Made by a program: the position numbers and the translations under genes | Notes under the pieces: generated by a model | What the model was told of the DNA's origin: nothing | The model's input: only the letters and a program-made list of their open reading frames with translations | Database searches by the model: none | Shown: positions 48,688 to 57,998 of the stretch, in pieces | Position numbering within the stretch: the first letter of the stretch is position 1 | Layout: every line of letters starts with the position of its first letter | Origin: an uncultured actinomycete | Lineage (GTDB): Bacteria > Actinomycetota > Acidimicrobiia > Spongiisociales > UBA5794 | DNA: 64,000 nt | NCBI GenBank assembly: GCA_942491345.1 | Contig: CALOAN010000044.1 | Coordinates: 32,072 to 96,071, forward strand | Direction: 5' to 3'

Positions 48688-49422
48688 CTACCAGTGGAGG
48701 TCGGCGAGTTCCGCACGGCCTCCCGCCGGAGGTCCGTCGGATGCGATCCGACCGCTCGAGAGCTCAACGACCCGGTCGGCCACACGTGAGATCTCGCGAT
48801 TGTGCGTGACGGCAAGCACCGCGGTGCCGGGACCGGCTTGCTCACGCAGCAGTTCGAGGATCTGCACGCCGGTGGCGAAATCCAGCTCACCGGTTGGTTC
48901 GTCGGCAAGGAGGATCGGATTGCCGGTTGCGAGTGCTCGTGCAATCGCAACACGTTGCTGTTCGCCGCCGGAGAGTTCGTGGGGGAAGTGAGCGGCGCGG
49001 TCTCCAAGACCGACGCGTTCGAGAACTTCATCGGCGCTCGGAGCGTCATCACGCCCGGCTGCATCGATGCCGAACTGCACATTCTCGCGCGCTGTCAGGC
49101 CGGGGAAGATGTTGAAACTCTGGAACACGAAGCTCACGGAGCGGCGACGGAAGTCGTACAGCTCCGACCGCTTGGCGTCGGTGATGTCGACGCCGGCCAC
49201 CGAGATCGACCCGCTCGTTGCGGTGTCCAGGGCACCGATCAGGTTGATCAAGGTCGTCTTTCCGCTCCCGGACGGTCCGAGCACGACGACGAATTCGCCG
49301 TCGTGGACTTCCAGCTTCACCGTTTCGAGCGCGGTGACGGTTGTGCCGCCGAGTTCGTATCGCCGTGACACACCATCGAGGTGGATCAGCCGGTTGTTCC
49401 CCGTCATGGTCACTCCGTTCAT
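48688..49422 (-). CDS. ABC transporter ATP-binding protein (MacB/LolD-like)
   Basis: Walker A (GPSGSGKTT), signature (LSGGEQQRVAIARAL), and Walker B (LLADEPTGELD). ATG overlaps the upstream stop (ATGA). Confidence 0.9.
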   Translation of the reverse strand: MNGVTMTGNNRLIHLDGVSRRYELGGTTVTALETVKLEVHDGEFVVVLGPSGSGKTTLINLIGALDTATSGSISVAGVDITDAKRSELYDFRRRSVSFVFQSFNIFPGLTARENVQFGIDAAGRDDAPSADEVLERVGLGDRAAHFPHELSGGEQQRVAIARALATGNPILLADEPTGELDFATGVQILELLREQAGPGTAVLAVTHNREISRVADRVVELSSGRIASDGPPAGGRAELADLHW

Positions 49423-49889
49423 TCTTTCGAGGTCCGCTGTTCTGTCCGCCAGCGTTCGATGAGGATGTCGTACTCCCGGTCGAACCAGGCGTAGAAGTCT
49501 CTGAGGTAGGTCAGGCGGCCGCTGGCCAGCTCCACGTCGGAGAAGGCCTCCATGCCGCGTTCGGCCAGCAGCACCATCTGGGTGAGGGCCTCGGCGCGCC
49601 GCTCCAGCAACACCTCAAGCGCGGCCATGGAAGCTGCGTAGTAGCTCCGTCGGTCGCCCGGCACCCACACACGTTCGATGATGCCGATTCGACTGAGTGA
49701 GGCGATTGCCGTAGAGATCGATCCCGCACTTGCCCCGATCTGCTCCTGAAGATCTGCCGCCGAAAGGTGCGCCTGATCGCTCACGAGGAGTGCTGCCCAC
49801 ACGCGGCCCGCCATCGGTGCCAGGCCCATCGACTCGAATATGAGGCTGACGTCTTCCGTGAATCGCCTGCGGTGTTCTTCTGGTGTCAT
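49419..49889 (-). CDS. GbsR/MarR-family winged-helix transcriptional regulator
   Basis: GLAPMAGRVWAALLVSDQAHLSAADLQEQIGASAGSISTAIASLSRIGIIERV is a GbsR-like wHTH. Confidence 0.75.
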   Translation of the reverse strand: MTPEEHRRRFTEDVSLIFESMGLAPMAGRVWAALLVSDQAHLSAADLQEQIGASAGSISTAIASLSRIGIIERVWVPGDRRSYYAASMAALEVLLERRAEALTQMVLLAERGMEAFSDVELASGRLTYLRDFYAWFDREYDILIERWRTEQRTSKE

Positions 49890-49890
49890 A

Positions 49891-49912
49891 AGTTTCAGTA
49901 AATTCTGAAACT
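49891..49912. promoter_or_regulatory. Perfect 8-6-8 inverted repeat immediately upstream of the GbsR/MarR start; candidate operator
   Basis: AGTTTCAG taaatt CTGAAACT. It begins 2 nt upstream of the ATG (49889-49887) in an AT-richer patch. Confidence 0.45.
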
Positions 49913-50003
49913 ACGTGCGTGACTAGGGGCTTTCGACCCATCCGCCGACGGGGAGCACTCTGTGAGATTCCCTGTTGCGCCACGGGTGTGGAAGGCTGGC
50001 CGC

Positions 50004-50834
50004 ATGAGCATCTCTCTCGAAACCACCGTTCCGCTGCACGCCGGCATCGATATCCCACTCCTCGGATTCGGCGTCTACAGAGTCCCGGACGGAGACGCCG
50101 TCGAGAACGCCGTCGCGAGCGCGCTCGCCCTCGGCTATCGGCATATCGACACGGCCGCGCTCTACCGGAACGAACGGGGCGTCGGTCGAGCCATTGCTGC
50201 CTCGGGCATCGACCGGTCCGACCTCTTCGTCACCACGAAGCTCTGGAACAGCAACCAGGGATACGAATCAACCCTCGCTGCAATCGATAAGAGCCTCGGC
50301 AAACTTGGGCTCGAATATGTCGATCTCTACCTCGTCCACTGGCCGAAACCTGAGCACACCGCAGGAACGTGGCGGGCGATGGAGGAGATCCAGCGGTCCG
50401 GCAGGGCCAGGGCGATCGGCGTATCAAACTTCCTCCCTAGCCACCTCGATCAGCTTGCCGAGACGGCCACGGTGCTGCCATCGATCAACCAGATCGAGTT
50501 CCACCCTCATCTCCAGAGCCCTGAGCTTGTCGCCTACTGCGATGACCACCACATCGTCCTCGAGGCATGGAGCCCACTCAAGGCTGGCCAGATCATCGAC
50601 GACCCGGAGCTGCAGGCAATCGCCGATGTTCACGGTGTGACCGTTCCACAGGTAGTGCTGCGGTGGATGCTCCACCGCGGCATCGTCACGATCCCGAAGA
50701 GTGTCACCCCGTCGCGGATTGCCCAGAACGCCGACCTCTACGGCTTCGAACTCAGCCCCGACGAGATCACAACGATCAACGCCATGGACCGCAACGACCG
50801 AGTAGGCCCCGACCCCGCCAACTTCGACTTCTAA
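50004..50834 (+). CDS. Aldo/keto reductase (2,5-diketo-D-gluconate reductase-like)
   Basis: LGFGVY..., GYRHIDTAALYRNE, LWNS, DLYLVHWP, IPKS motifs. GGAAGG lies before ATG 50004. Confidence 0.9.
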   Translation: MSISLETTVPLHAGIDIPLLGFGVYRVPDGDAVENAVASALALGYRHIDTAALYRNERGVGRAIAASGIDRSDLFVTTKLWNSNQGYESTLAAIDKSLGKLGLEYVDLYLVHWPKPEHTAGTWRAMEEIQRSGRARAIGVSNFLPSHLDQLAETATVLPSINQIEFHPHLQSPELVAYCDDHHIVLEAWSPLKAGQIIDDPELQAIADVHGVTVPQVVLRWMLHRGIVTIPKSVTPSRIAQNADLYGFELSPDEITTINAMDRNDRVGPDPANFDF

Positions 50835-50877
50835 CGGCCGCAGGTCCGAGCAGCCGCCGCAGAGGGTTCGGTCCGAT

Positions 50878-51100
50878 TCCTCCCCCTCAGGGGGAGGTGC
50901 CGAGTCCAGCGAGGCGGAGGGGGTCAGGCGGTTCTGCGACCCACGAAGAGCCGACCCCGACCGAGCGCAGCGAGGGCGGGAGGGGGCAGCCTGGGTCTTC
51001 GTCTCCACCACGCAGTGGGGGAGACGCGGCCGAGCTGATGCTCGGCCGCAGAGGGGGCGGCCTGGGAGCCGGCATCGCGCAGATGAGGTCGGCCGCGAGT
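50878..51100 (+). repeat. Array of GC-rich hairpin repeat modules (type B-like modules followed by a near-perfect type A unit at 50997-51094)
   Basis: cttcgtCTCCACCACgcaGTGGGGGAGacGCGGCCGAGCtgatGCTCGGCCGCagagggggcggcctgggagc is identical over about 75 nt to 25016-25090 except for the hairpin-1 loop. Confidence 0.9.
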
Positions 51101-51174
51101 CCAGACTCGTGGCCCGAATCTGGCGACTCTCCCCCGCCCTCCAGGTTGCATCGCAAGCAACCGATACACCACCG

Positions 51175-52023
51175 ATGGCGACTCACGGACGAATTCTCCT
51201 CCTGGTCTTCGGCCTTCTGCTCGCAGGTTGCGGCCAAGACGACCAGGCCGCTGACACCAGTGCCACACCGAGCACGTCGTCAACAACCAGGGTTGCCCCC
51301 GCCGTGGATCCCACAACCTCGACTGCTCCAGCAACAACCGTGACGGTGGCACCGACGACGACAACCACTCCCACGACGACCTCCACGGGCCCCGAGTCGA
51401 CAACAATCGGCTTCGATCCAGACCAGGTGCTTCCTGGATCATTCGGAACAGTGGGCGATCTGATCTCGCTCTCCGACATGTTCCGTGTCAACCCTCTCGA
51501 CGCGCAGATCCTGAGCTACATCGCTATCGACGGCGATGAGAAAGTGTTGGCGGACCAGGGCATGGAGGCGGGGATTTGGGCGTCGCTGACGATCACATAC
51601 TCCGGTGACATAACGGTGTGGGATTTCGGCGGCGGATACCGCGAGGTGCTGCGCGGCGACGAAAGCTTCTACCTCGACGAAGACGGCACGTGGCACGAGA
51701 ACGACCGATGGGAGTGGCCCGGGATGGGACCCTTCTATGAGTGGACCTTCGTTCAGGGTATTGCCCCCGGCTGCCTCGAATTTCGTGCCGAGATCATCGG
51801 TCTCGAGGACGTCGCCGGAGCGACGACGCTGCACATACGGTGCACCGGGAATGAAGGGGATCCGGAGGGCACCGGCTCCTCGGACGTGTGGATCGGCGAA
51901 CAGGGCCACGTCATGAAGAGCGTCTCGGAGTCGTGGCAGGACCCCTCGTTTGGCTTCATCACGGTGTGGGAAGTCACCGGCCTCGACGTCCAACCCACCG
52001 GCCCCCTCCCGCCAGGCTGGTAG
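51175..52023 (+). CDS. Lipoprotein paralog 1 (Thr/Pro-rich linker plus ~200-aa C-terminal domain)
   Basis: MATHGRILLLVFGLLLAGCGQ lipobox. The C-terminus ends WEVTGLDVQPTGPLPPGW. Confidence 0.7.
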   Translation: MATHGRILLLVFGLLLAGCGQDDQAADTSATPSTSSTTRVAPAVDPTTSTAPATTVTVAPTTTTTPTTTSTGPESTTIGFDPDQVLPGSFGTVGDLISLSDMFRVNPLDAQILSYIAIDGDEKVLADQGMEAGIWASLTITYSGDITVWDFGGGYREVLRGDESFYLDEDGTWHENDRWEWPGMGPFYEWTFVQGIAPGCLEFRAEIIGLEDVAGATTLHIRCTGNEGDPEGTGSSDVWIGEQGHVMKSVSESWQDPSFGFITVWEVTGLDVQPTGPLPPGW

Positions 52024-52096
52024 CTGGATGGCAGCTCCTGAACTGCCGGCCCGCATCCCCCTCCAGGTCCAGCAGCGCACAACCGATACTTCTCCG

Positions 52097-52957
52097 ATGG
52101 CGACTCACGGACGAATCATCCTCCTGGTCTTCGTCGTGCTGCTCGCAGGCTGCGGCCAGGACAACACGGTGGCAGCGACCCGCGCCACCGTGAAGGAAGC
52201 GCCGACAACCACCGGAGCAACTACCACACTCGCTCCAACGACTTCGGCCGCCGCCCCCACAACGACGGTCACCATGGCACCGACAACGACCACAACCGCA
52301 ACCACGACGACCTCCACCGTTCCGGACACAACGACAACGACCATCCCTCATGCCGACCAGATCCTTCCCGGATCATTTGGAACCATGGGCGAGCTGTACT
52401 CGCGAACCAACCCCGACAGGCTCTACCCACTGATTGGGCAGGTAGTGAGCTCAATCGGGTTCGCATCCAATGAGAACGACCAGCCGACCCAGGACCCACC
52501 GGAGTGGGGCTGGGCGGCGATGACCATCACACAATCGGAACGGTTGACTCTCTGGGACTATGGAACCGGATATCGCGAAGTCGTACGGCCTGGCAGTCCG
52601 TACCTGTACCTCGCAGAGGATGGCACCTGGCATGAGATCGATGATGAGGGGTCCATATTCTCACCCATCACGGAGTGGAGAGACGCGCAGGGCCTCGCTG
52701 CTCGCTGCATCGAATTGGGCGCTGAGACGGTCGGTCTCGAGGAGGTCATCGGCGTGACCACGCTGCACATCAGGTGTCCGGTCGATGGAGGAGATCGAGG
52801 CGGAGCCGGTTCGCTGGATGTGTGGATCGACGAGCGAGGTTACGTAATGAAGGGCGCCTATGAGTTCTGGGAGGAACCCGAGTTTGGCGTTGGCCTGCGC
52901 TGGGAGGTCACGGGTCTTGACGTCGAACCCAGCGGCCCGCTGCCGCCCGGCTGGTAG
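52097..52957 (+). CDS. Lipoprotein paralog 2
   Basis: MATHGRIILLVFVVLLAGCGQ lipobox. The C-terminus ends WEVTGLDVEPSGPLPPGW. The upstream leader is conserved with paralogs 1 and 3. Confidence 0.7.
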   Translation: MATHGRIILLVFVVLLAGCGQDNTVAATRATVKEAPTTTGATTTLAPTTSAAAPTTTVTMAPTTTTTATTTTSTVPDTTTTTIPHADQILPGSFGTMGELYSRTNPDRLYPLIGQVVSSIGFASNENDQPTQDPPEWGWAAMTITQSERLTLWDYGTGYREVVRPGSPYLYLAEDGTWHEIDDEGSIFSPITEWRDAQGLAARCIELGAETVGLEEVIGVTTLHIRCPVDGGDRGGAGSLDVWIDERGYVMKGAYEFWEEPEFGVGLRWEVTGLDVEPSGPLPPGW

Positions 52958-53042
52958 CTGGTGGATGACGGCCAGCCGCTCCTGAACTGTCGGCCTCGCC
53001 TTCCCCCTCCAGGTCCAGCGACGCACAACCGATACTTCACCG

Positions 53043-53852
53043 GTGGCGACTCTACGGCGAATCATCCTGCTGGTGCTTGTGCTGCTGCTCGCAGGCTGCG
53101 GCCAAGACGACCAGACCGCTGACACCAGTGCCACACCGAGTACGTCGTCAACAACCACGGTTGCCCCCACTGTCGAATCCACAACAACGACCACGCCGGC
53201 GCCGACCACAACCGCCGCCACGACGACCGTCCCCCATGCCGACCAGGTCCTTCCCGGATCATTTGGAACCATGGGCGAGTTGTACTCGCGCACCAACCCC
53301 GACAGGCACTACCCGCTCAATTCCCAGGTGCAGATCTCCTTCGGGCGCGGGGAACGTGAAGACCCGATGGCGAGCCCGGATTCCGAGCAGTGGAACTGGG
53401 AGTGGATAACGATGACCATCACCTACTTCGAGGACTTGACGATCCTCGAAAGTGACAACGGATACCGCGAAGTCTCAAGACCCCGTGGTCCATACATGGT
53501 CCTCGCCGAGGATGGCACCTGGTACGACATCAGCGAAGAGGAAGGAAGCTATTTCGGACCCCCGCTGGAGTGGGCCGACGTCCAACGCGAGGCAGGCGAG
53601 TGTATCGAAAGCGGAGCAGAGGTGGTCGGTCTCGAAGAGGTCGTCGGCGTAGCGACGCTGCACGTCTCGTGCGAGCTTGAGGACCGAAGCCCGCGCGGCG
53701 ACTTTTCGCAGGATTTGTGGGTCGGCGAGTACGGCCGCGTTATGAAGAGCGTGTCGGTGTTCTGGGATGAACCGCTCTCCGGAGGCGGCTACCGATGGGA
53801 AGTTGTTGGTCTTGGCGTCGAACCCAGCGGCCCACTCCCACCAGGCTGGTAG
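53043..53852 (+). CDS. Lipoprotein paralog 3
   Basis: GTG start. MATLRRIILLVLVLLLAGCGQ lipobox. The C-terminus ends WEVVGLGVEPSGPLPPGW. Confidence 0.7.
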   Translation: MATLRRIILLVLVLLLAGCGQDDQTADTSATPSTSSTTTVAPTVESTTTTTPAPTTTAATTTVPHADQVLPGSFGTMGELYSRTNPDRHYPLNSQVQISFGRGEREDPMASPDSEQWNWEWITMTITYFEDLTILESDNGYREVSRPRGPYMVLAEDGTWYDISEEEGSYFGPPLEWADVQREAGECIESGAEVVGLEEVVGVATLHVSCELEDRSPRGDFSQDLWVGEYGRVMKSVSVFWDEPLSGGGYRWEVVGLGVEPSGPLPPGW

Positions 53853-53909
53853 CAGCGGGATCACCTTCGCCCGAGCTTTCCAAACCGGTGCAAGGGCATA
53901 CTGGCTTCG

Positions 53910-55658
53910 ATGCATCTGATCAGCCTCGAGGCCATCTCCAAGTCGTACCCGGAGACACCGGTGCTCCGCGACGTTTCGCTCGGGATTTCCAGGCGCCAGA
54001 GGATCGGTGTGATTGGGCGGAACGGGTCCGGCAAGTCCACGTTGTTGCGCATCATCGGGGGCATCGAGGAACCCGACGCAGGGCGGATCGTGCGAGCTAC
54101 CGGGCTGCGGATCACCTTCCTCGACCAAGACCCGTCCTTCCCCGACGAGAACAGGGTGGGAGACATCATCGGAGGGGACCGCGATTCCATCGCCATGGCC
54201 GACCGCCTCGGGCTCACTGACTCGTCGGCCCTGGTTGCCGACCTGTCCGGCGGTCAGCGCAAGCGCCTTGCCCTGGCGGTTGCTCTCGCCGCCGAATGTG
54301 ATCTTCTGATACTCGACGAGCCGACCAACCACCTCGATGTCGACACCATCGACTGGCTCGAGGACCACCTCCTGTCGCGCACATCGGTGCTGGTGCTCGT
54401 CACCCACGATCGATACCTGCTCGACCGGGTTGCCAATCGGGTGGTCGAAGTCCACCACGAGTCACTTTCTTCGCACCACGGCACCTACGAACAGTTCCTC
54501 GAGGCCCGGACCGCCCGCGAAGAACACGAAGCCGTCGTCGAACACCGCAGGCGTCAGCGTCTCCGCACCGAGCTGGAGTGGCTCCGCCGCTCGCCAAAGG
54601 CGCGCACCTCGAAGTCGCGCTCACGCGTCAGCGCCGTCAACGACCTCATCGCAGCAAAGCGACCGCCGGTCGACCCGGAGCTCTCCATCGATCTCCCCTC
54701 GCGACGTATCGGGTCCAAGGTCGTAGACATGCACAACTCCGGCAAGAGCTACGACGATCGATGGGTGGTGCGAAACGTCGACCTCAAGCTCCAGCCAAAC
54801 GCACGGGTCGGCGTCGTCGGTGACAACGGATCGGGCAAGACAACCCTGCTTCGCCTCATCGCAGGACGGCTCCAACCAGACGAAGGCACCGTCAAGATGG
54901 GAACAACCATCGTCCCAGGCTGGTACGGCCAGGATCCGCAGCCGATCCCGCCCGACACCCGGGTGAACGCGGCGGTTCGGGAGCGGGCGGAGACCACCCG
55001 CCTCGACTCGGGCATCCGGGTATCGGCGGCGAAGCTCCTCGAACGGTTCCAGTTCGGCGCCGATGCACAACGCTCGACGGTCGGCGATCTCTCCGGCGGA
55101 GAACGGCGTCGCCTCGAACTGCTCATCACGTTGATGGAAGCCCCGAACCTGCTCCTGCTGGACGAACCGACCAACGATCTCGACCTCGACACGCTCGAGG
55201 TTCTCGAGGAGTACCTCGATTCGTGGCCAGGGGCGCTGGTCGTCGCCAGCCACGATCGCTACTTCCTCGACCGGGTCTGCGACGACATCTACTCCATCGA
55301 GCCCGAAGGGTCGGTGCGCCACCACCCAGGAGGCTGGCAGGCGTACTGGGCCGATCGACTCGCTCCCGCGGAAGCGGCGCCGTCCCGGCCACCCGCAAAG
55401 ACCGGCACGGAGACGCCGACCGCTCGCACGAAGCCGACATGGAAGGAGCGTCAGGAACTCGCTCGGCTCACACGGCGGATCCCGGAACTCGAGGCGCAGA
55501 GCGCCGATCTGGCGAAGCAGCTCGATGCGGCGGCCAGCGACTACGAGGCGACAATCGACCTTGCGCAACGACTCGCCAACGTTCTCGAGGACCTCGACGC
55601 CGAAGAAACCGCCTGGCTGAAGCTCACCGAACGGATCGAAGCGTACGACACGAGCTAG
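53910..55658 (+). CDS. ABC-F family ATPase (two ABC domains, no TM; Uup/EttA-like)
   Basis: Two Walker A motifs (GRNGSGKST, GDNGSGKTT), two signatures (LSGGQRKRLALA, LSGGERRRLELL), and a C-terminal coiled-coil. Confidence 0.9.
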   Translation: MHLISLEAISKSYPETPVLRDVSLGISRRQRIGVIGRNGSGKSTLLRIIGGIEEPDAGRIVRATGLRITFLDQDPSFPDENRVGDIIGGDRDSIAMADRLGLTDSSALVADLSGGQRKRLALAVALAAECDLLILDEPTNHLDVDTIDWLEDHLLSRTSVLVLVTHDRYLLDRVANRVVEVHHESLSSHHGTYEQFLEARTAREEHEAVVEHRRRQRLRTELEWLRRSPKARTSKSRSRVSAVNDLIAAKRPPVDPELSIDLPSRRIGSKVVDMHNSGKSYDDRWVVRNVDLKLQPNARVGVVGDNGSGKTTLLRLIAGRLQPDEGTVKMGTTIVPGWYGQDPQPIPPDTRVNAAVRERAETTRLDSGIRVSAAKLLERFQFGADAQRSTVGDLSGGERRRLELLITLMEAPNLLLLDEPTNDLDLDTLEVLEEYLDSWPGALVVASHDRYFLDRVCDDIYSIEPEGSVRHHPGGWQAYWADRLAPAEAAPSRPPAKTGTETPTARTKPTWKERQELARLTRRIPELEAQSADLAKQLDAAASDYEATIDLAQRLANVLEDLDAEETAWLKLTERIEAYDTS

Positions 55659-55681
55659 CTGCAACAGTGATGTACCCCCTC

Positions 55682-55707
55682 CGCGTCCGGGCGATTGCCC
55701 GGACGCG
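55682..55707 (+). terminator. Perfect 11-bp stem / 4-nt loop hairpin 24 nt after the ABC-F stop (no U-tract)
   Basis: CGCGTCCGGGC gatt GCCCGGACGCG. Confidence 0.45.
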
Positions 55708-55708
55708 C

Positions 55709-55839
55709 CTTCCCCCATTCCATGGTGGAGGCGAAGACCTTCTTCGTCTCTCCCACCGTCAAGGTGGGGGAGACGCGGCCGAGCTGATGCTCGGTCGCAG
55801 AGGGGGCGGCCTGGGAGACTGAATCGCGAAGATCAGGCC
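55709..55839 (+). repeat. Hairpin repeat family: inverted hairpin-1 module followed by a type A unit (55742-55839)
   Basis: cttcccccattccatggtggaggcgaagacc, then cttcgtctcTCCCACCgtcaaGGTGGGggagacGCGGCCGAGCtgatGCTCGGTCGCagagggggcggcctgggag. Confidence 0.9.
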
Positions 55840-55848
55840 AGTCGAGAC

Positions 55849-56787
55849 CTACGTCCCGCGCAGGCGTTCGAACAGGGCGGCGTCTGTTTCGAAGGCGAGG
55901 GGTGGAAGGTCGTCGAGGGCGAACCATCCGACGGCGTCTGCGTCGTCGCCGGCCACGAGCTTTCCCCCGGTCACGGTCCCGGAGAACCAGACCCCGACCG
56001 TCAGCTTCGAGGGGTCGTGGAAGTTCGACGCAACGAACATGACGTCGCCGACTTCGGCCACCAGGCCGGTCTCCTCGAAGAGTTCCCGCGCTGCCGCCGT
56101 ACGGATCTCCTCGCCGTAGTCGACAAACCCTGCCGGAATCGACCAGTACCCGGCTCGCGTCGCACCTGGCCCGCGTCGGACCATCAGAACCCTGCCGCCG
56201 TCGTCGAACACCACGACCGCCGCACCAACCCCGGGGTTGCGCCAATGGATAAACCCACACGAGGGGCATCGGCGTCTCAGATGGTCGTAGATCTCGACGG
56301 TTTCGAGCTCCGTTGCGCAGAGCGGGCAGTAGATGTACTCCCCCGGCCATTCGTGGGGATGCTCGGGTGCCGAGGCCTCCCCCGGCCCGTGATCCCGCAG
56401 CGACTCCTTCCACGATCGGAACCGGTCGTGATTGCGCCCGTCGGCCCCGGTGCCAACACCCCGTTTGCCATGGAGCTCGAACGACAACACCTCCGAAGCG
56501 TCCCCGGCGACCGCGAGGTAGCGGGCACGGCCGACGGGCGGCCCGGCACGCCACAGCAGCCACGGGCCGATCCGCCGTATGTACGCGACCGGCTCGTTGA
56601 GGCTGTCTCCCGCCTCGAGCAGCTCCTCCGGCGCATCAATCCACGACGAAGCAGCAATACGGAACGAGCGCGTCGGCGTATCGGGCAGCTCCTCGGCCTT
56701 GTAGGTCCGGTCGACAAACGGCCGTTCATCGACGGGGATCAGTTCGCTCCCGGAGTCTCTCGCCGCCGCGCTGTGTTCGTCGGTCAC
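55849..56787 (-). CDS. NUDIX hydrolase with zinc-ribbon and ~140-aa N-terminal extension (NudC-like layout)
   Basis: CPLC...CPSCG zinc ribbon. Nudix box is GFVDYGEEIRTAAARELFEETGL. Confidence 0.85.
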   Translation of the reverse strand: MTDEHSAAARDSGSELIPVDERPFVDRTYKAEELPDTPTRSFRIAASSWIDAPEELLEAGDSLNEPVAYIRRIGPWLLWRAGPPVGRARYLAVAGDASEVLSFELHGKRGVGTGADGRNHDRFRSWKESLRDHGPGEASAPEHPHEWPGEYIYCPLCATELETVEIYDHLRRRCPSCGFIHWRNPGVGAAVVVFDDGGRVLMVRRGPGATRAGYWSIPAGFVDYGEEIRTAAARELFEETGLVAEVGDVMFVASNFHDPSKLTVGVWFSGTVTGGKLVAGDDADAVGWFALDDLPPLAFETDAALFERLRGT

Positions 56788-56847
56788 GTCGAGCAGTCTG
56801 GCACAGCCACCCTCGTCAGCGGCATCGACTGCCGACGCCCCGAAGCC

Positions 56848-57210
56848 CTACCTGCCGACAGGTCCGAGCGGATCGAGACCGTACTCGTTCGGGCCGACGG
56901 TTCCGGGAAGGAAGCCGGTCTCGACCAGGACCCAGATACCACCGATGAGCGGAATGAGTCCGATGAGGATCCACCAGCCGGACTTGTTCCGGTCATGCCA
57001 CCGCTTGATCGACAAGGCGAGAGAGGGCCAGATGAGGAGAATGCTGAGAAGGCTGATGAGCCACCACAGGAAGCCGGAACCCGATGCGGCCGCGATCAAC
57101 GCCAGCACCCAGACCACCGCCCACAAGATGACGATCCCCAGCCAGAACTTCGCACGGTTGATTCGCCCTTCGAAACTGAAGAACAGCCATGCCCAGTCGA
57201 TGTCGTTCAT
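56848..57210 (-). CDS. DUF805-family small inner-membrane protein
   Basis: FSFEGRINRAKFW...RWHDRNKSGWW is the DUF805 (YhaH/YhaI-like) pattern, with 3-4 TM helices. Confidence 0.75.
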   Translation of the reverse strand: MNDIDWAWLFFSFEGRINRAKFWLGIVILWAVVWVLALIAAASGSGFLWWLISLLSILLIWPSLALSIKRWHDRNKSGWWILIGLIPLIGGIWVLVETGFLPGTVGPNEYGLDPLGPVGR

Positions 57211-57583
57211 CGAGATTCCCCTTCACTAGGTTGACGAGAACATACCAGGGCAACGGTTCAAGACCGCGCTTCATGGGCACGGGGCTGGGAAGCGAGCAGC
57301 CTGTGGTGGGTCGGGGAACGGCTGACCCGGTGCGTCAGTGGCTCAGCCGCCGCCACTTCCACCGGGGGAAGGAGTAGGAGCAACTACTGTCGATGGCGGC
57401 ACGGCCTTCGATGGGAGATTCCGTTCATGCCGGTATCTCTTGAGCGAGGACCTCGTCTACATATACCTGCTGATGATCGAGCCGATCCTGCTCGTTGGGG
57501 TAGACGCATCTTTCCCGACGACGGGGTCGGTCGCACTCTTCACCGAGTAGGGGCCGGAGCAGGAAGCCGTCAACTCGCCGTTC

Positions 57584-57910
57584 TCACCCCAGCGCGTTTC
57601 GCAGGATCGCCACACGGTCCGGGTCAACCCGGAAGTACGCCCACTTGCCGCGTTGCTCTCGCGTCAGCAGGCCCGCGTCGGTGAGGACGGTGAGGTGGTG
57701 GCTGACAGTGGGTTGTGTTCTTCCGGTCGGTTCCACGAGGTCACAGGCGCACATCTCACCGGTGGGAGCGTTCGCGATCAGGCTGAGCAACTGCAGACGA
57801 ACCGGGTCGGCCAGCACCTTGAACCCGGCTGCAAGTTCTGCTGCGTCAGCACCGCCGAGTGGTTCGGCGAGCATCGGTTCACAACATGTTTCAATCGTTG
57901 GAACCTTCAC
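57584..57910 (-). CDS. arsR: ArsR/SmtB-family metalloregulator
   Basis: FKVLADPVRLQLLSLI...GEMCACDLVE...QPTVSHHLTVLTDAGLL. The CxC site matches the ELCVCDL As(III) site. An N-terminal CC pair is present. GTG 57910 follows GGAAAGGA. An alternative ATG lies at 57874. Confidence 0.8.
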   Translation of the reverse strand: MKVPTIETCCEPMLAEPLGGADAAELAAGFKVLADPVRLQLLSLIANAPTGEMCACDLVEPTGRTQPTVSHHLTVLTDAGLLTREQRGKWAYFRVDPDRVAILRNALG

Positions 57911-57934
57911 GACCCGTCCTTTCCCGCTACGTTC

Positions 57935-57954
57935 ATATTGACGACTATCAATAT
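57935..57954. promoter_or_regulatory. 7-6-7 inverted repeat in the AT-rich arsR/arsM divergent intergenic region; candidate ArsR operator
   Basis: ATATTGA cgacta TCAATAT lies between the arsR start (57910) and the arsM start (57999). This is the only AT-rich patch in the neighbourhood. Confidence 0.5.
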
Positions 57955-57998
57955 AACTGATACTGTCACATAGATCAACATCGATATGAGGAGTTGCC

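Noticed and set aside
55655-57234. Long ORFs 55655-56563 (minus) and 56017-57234 (plus) overlapping the NUDIX and DUF805 genes
   Set aside because: They are Arg/Pro/Gly-rich translations. The competing frames contain a canonical Nudix box with a zinc ribbon and the DUF805 motif, respectively.
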